Source: a virus
Lineage: Duplodnaviria; Caudoviricetes
Strand: one strand, 5' to 3'
DNA length: 44,643 nt
Virus record (IMG/VR): IMGVR_UViG_3300020045_006679
Coordinates: 1 to 44,643 of that record
Under the pieces are notes generated by a model. The model saw nothing but the letters and a program-made list of their open reading frames with translations, made no database searches and was not told where the DNA came from. Below, one piece after another: positions 44,262-44,643 of this stretch. Position numbers and translations under genes: made by a program. The number at the start of each line of letters is the position of its first letter. The stretch's first letter is position 1.

Positions 44262-44643
44262 ATGGCACAATTATTTACCGCACATACATTAGAGCAACAT
44301 ACACAAGCAAATGCTAATTTTTTGCCTAGCGGCGCTCTGTTTGAAGCAAAAAATATTTATTATTCTATTTACAGAAAGTTCTTGCGCGGTATGGCTTGGA
44401 TTTTTTCTGATTTTGAAGCGGTGCTTTATAATGTTTCAGCGCAATTAGATATTTCGCAAACGATTGAATTGCTTGATGGATGGGAAAAAACTTTTGGAAT
44501 ACCAGATCACTGTTTAACAAACACTGGCGACTATGACACAAGGCGCTTACAAATATTATTAAAAATAGCGCAACAATATGTTTTAACGGTGCAAGATTTT
44601 ATTGATTTTTGTGATACTTATTTAGGATTAACAATAACAGTAG
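44262..44643 (+). CDS. 5' part of Mu gp48/YmfQ-like gene (continues through the junction to 369)
   Basis: MAQLF..FLPSG..ELLDGWEKTFGIPDHC..RR. Confidence 0.85.
   Translation, partial: MAQLFTAHTLEQHTQANANFLPSGALFEAKNIYYSIYRKFLRGMAWIFSDFEAVLYNVSAQLDISQTIELLDGWEKTFGIPDHCLTNTGDYDTRRLQILLKIAQQYVLTVQDFIDFCDTYLGLTITV
44523..44643. repeat. Terminal direct repeat, copy 2
   Basis: Identical to 1-121. Confidence 0.95.

Noticed and set aside
44523-44643. Biological terminal repeat
   Set aside because: Falls mid-gene and its 121-bp length is typical of an assembler k-mer overlap; it shows circularity only
1-44643. tRNA/rRNA genes, IS elements, integrase
   Set aside because: No cloverleaf or T-loop signature, transposase, or recombinase catalytic motif noticed by eye; tRNAscan and HMM scans are needed to confirm absence

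Overview
The window is a complete, circularly assembled ~44.5 kb tailed phage genome; bases 1-121 are repeated at 44523-44643. It has an HK97-type head, a PBSX-type terminase and a Mu-like contractile tail and baseplate, all transcribed rightward from 20.2 kb through the contig junction to 2.9 kb. A leftward early, replication and accessory arm spans 2.97-18.6 kb, and a 1.6 kb control region lies at 18.66-20.23 kb. No integrase, CI-type repressor, partition genes or DNA polymerase are recognisable. Instead the DNA carries cis-sites for host machinery. (1) An integron-like module at 9860-10649: an attI-like site plus three cassettes, with two canonical attC sites and one truncated attC. The cassette genes are inverted, two are Lar-like, and their stop codons (and for two of them the SD and start) lie inside the att sites. 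(2) A dif-like XerC/XerD site at 19473-19500, with extra inverted XerD arms and two KOPS octamers nearby. (3) SOS-box-like CTG-N10-CAG operators overlapping both leftward sigma70 promoters. The working hypothesis is an 'outsourcing' temperate phage of a proteobacterium that uses host IntI, XerCD and LexA. Other notable items are a nine-copy TAGYYWRRCTA operator, a DnaN homologue, a secreted Thr/Pro-repeat protein, a 12-bp coding minisatellite and a -1 frameshift in the tail chaperone. All calls are by eye from motifs and synteny; no searches were run.
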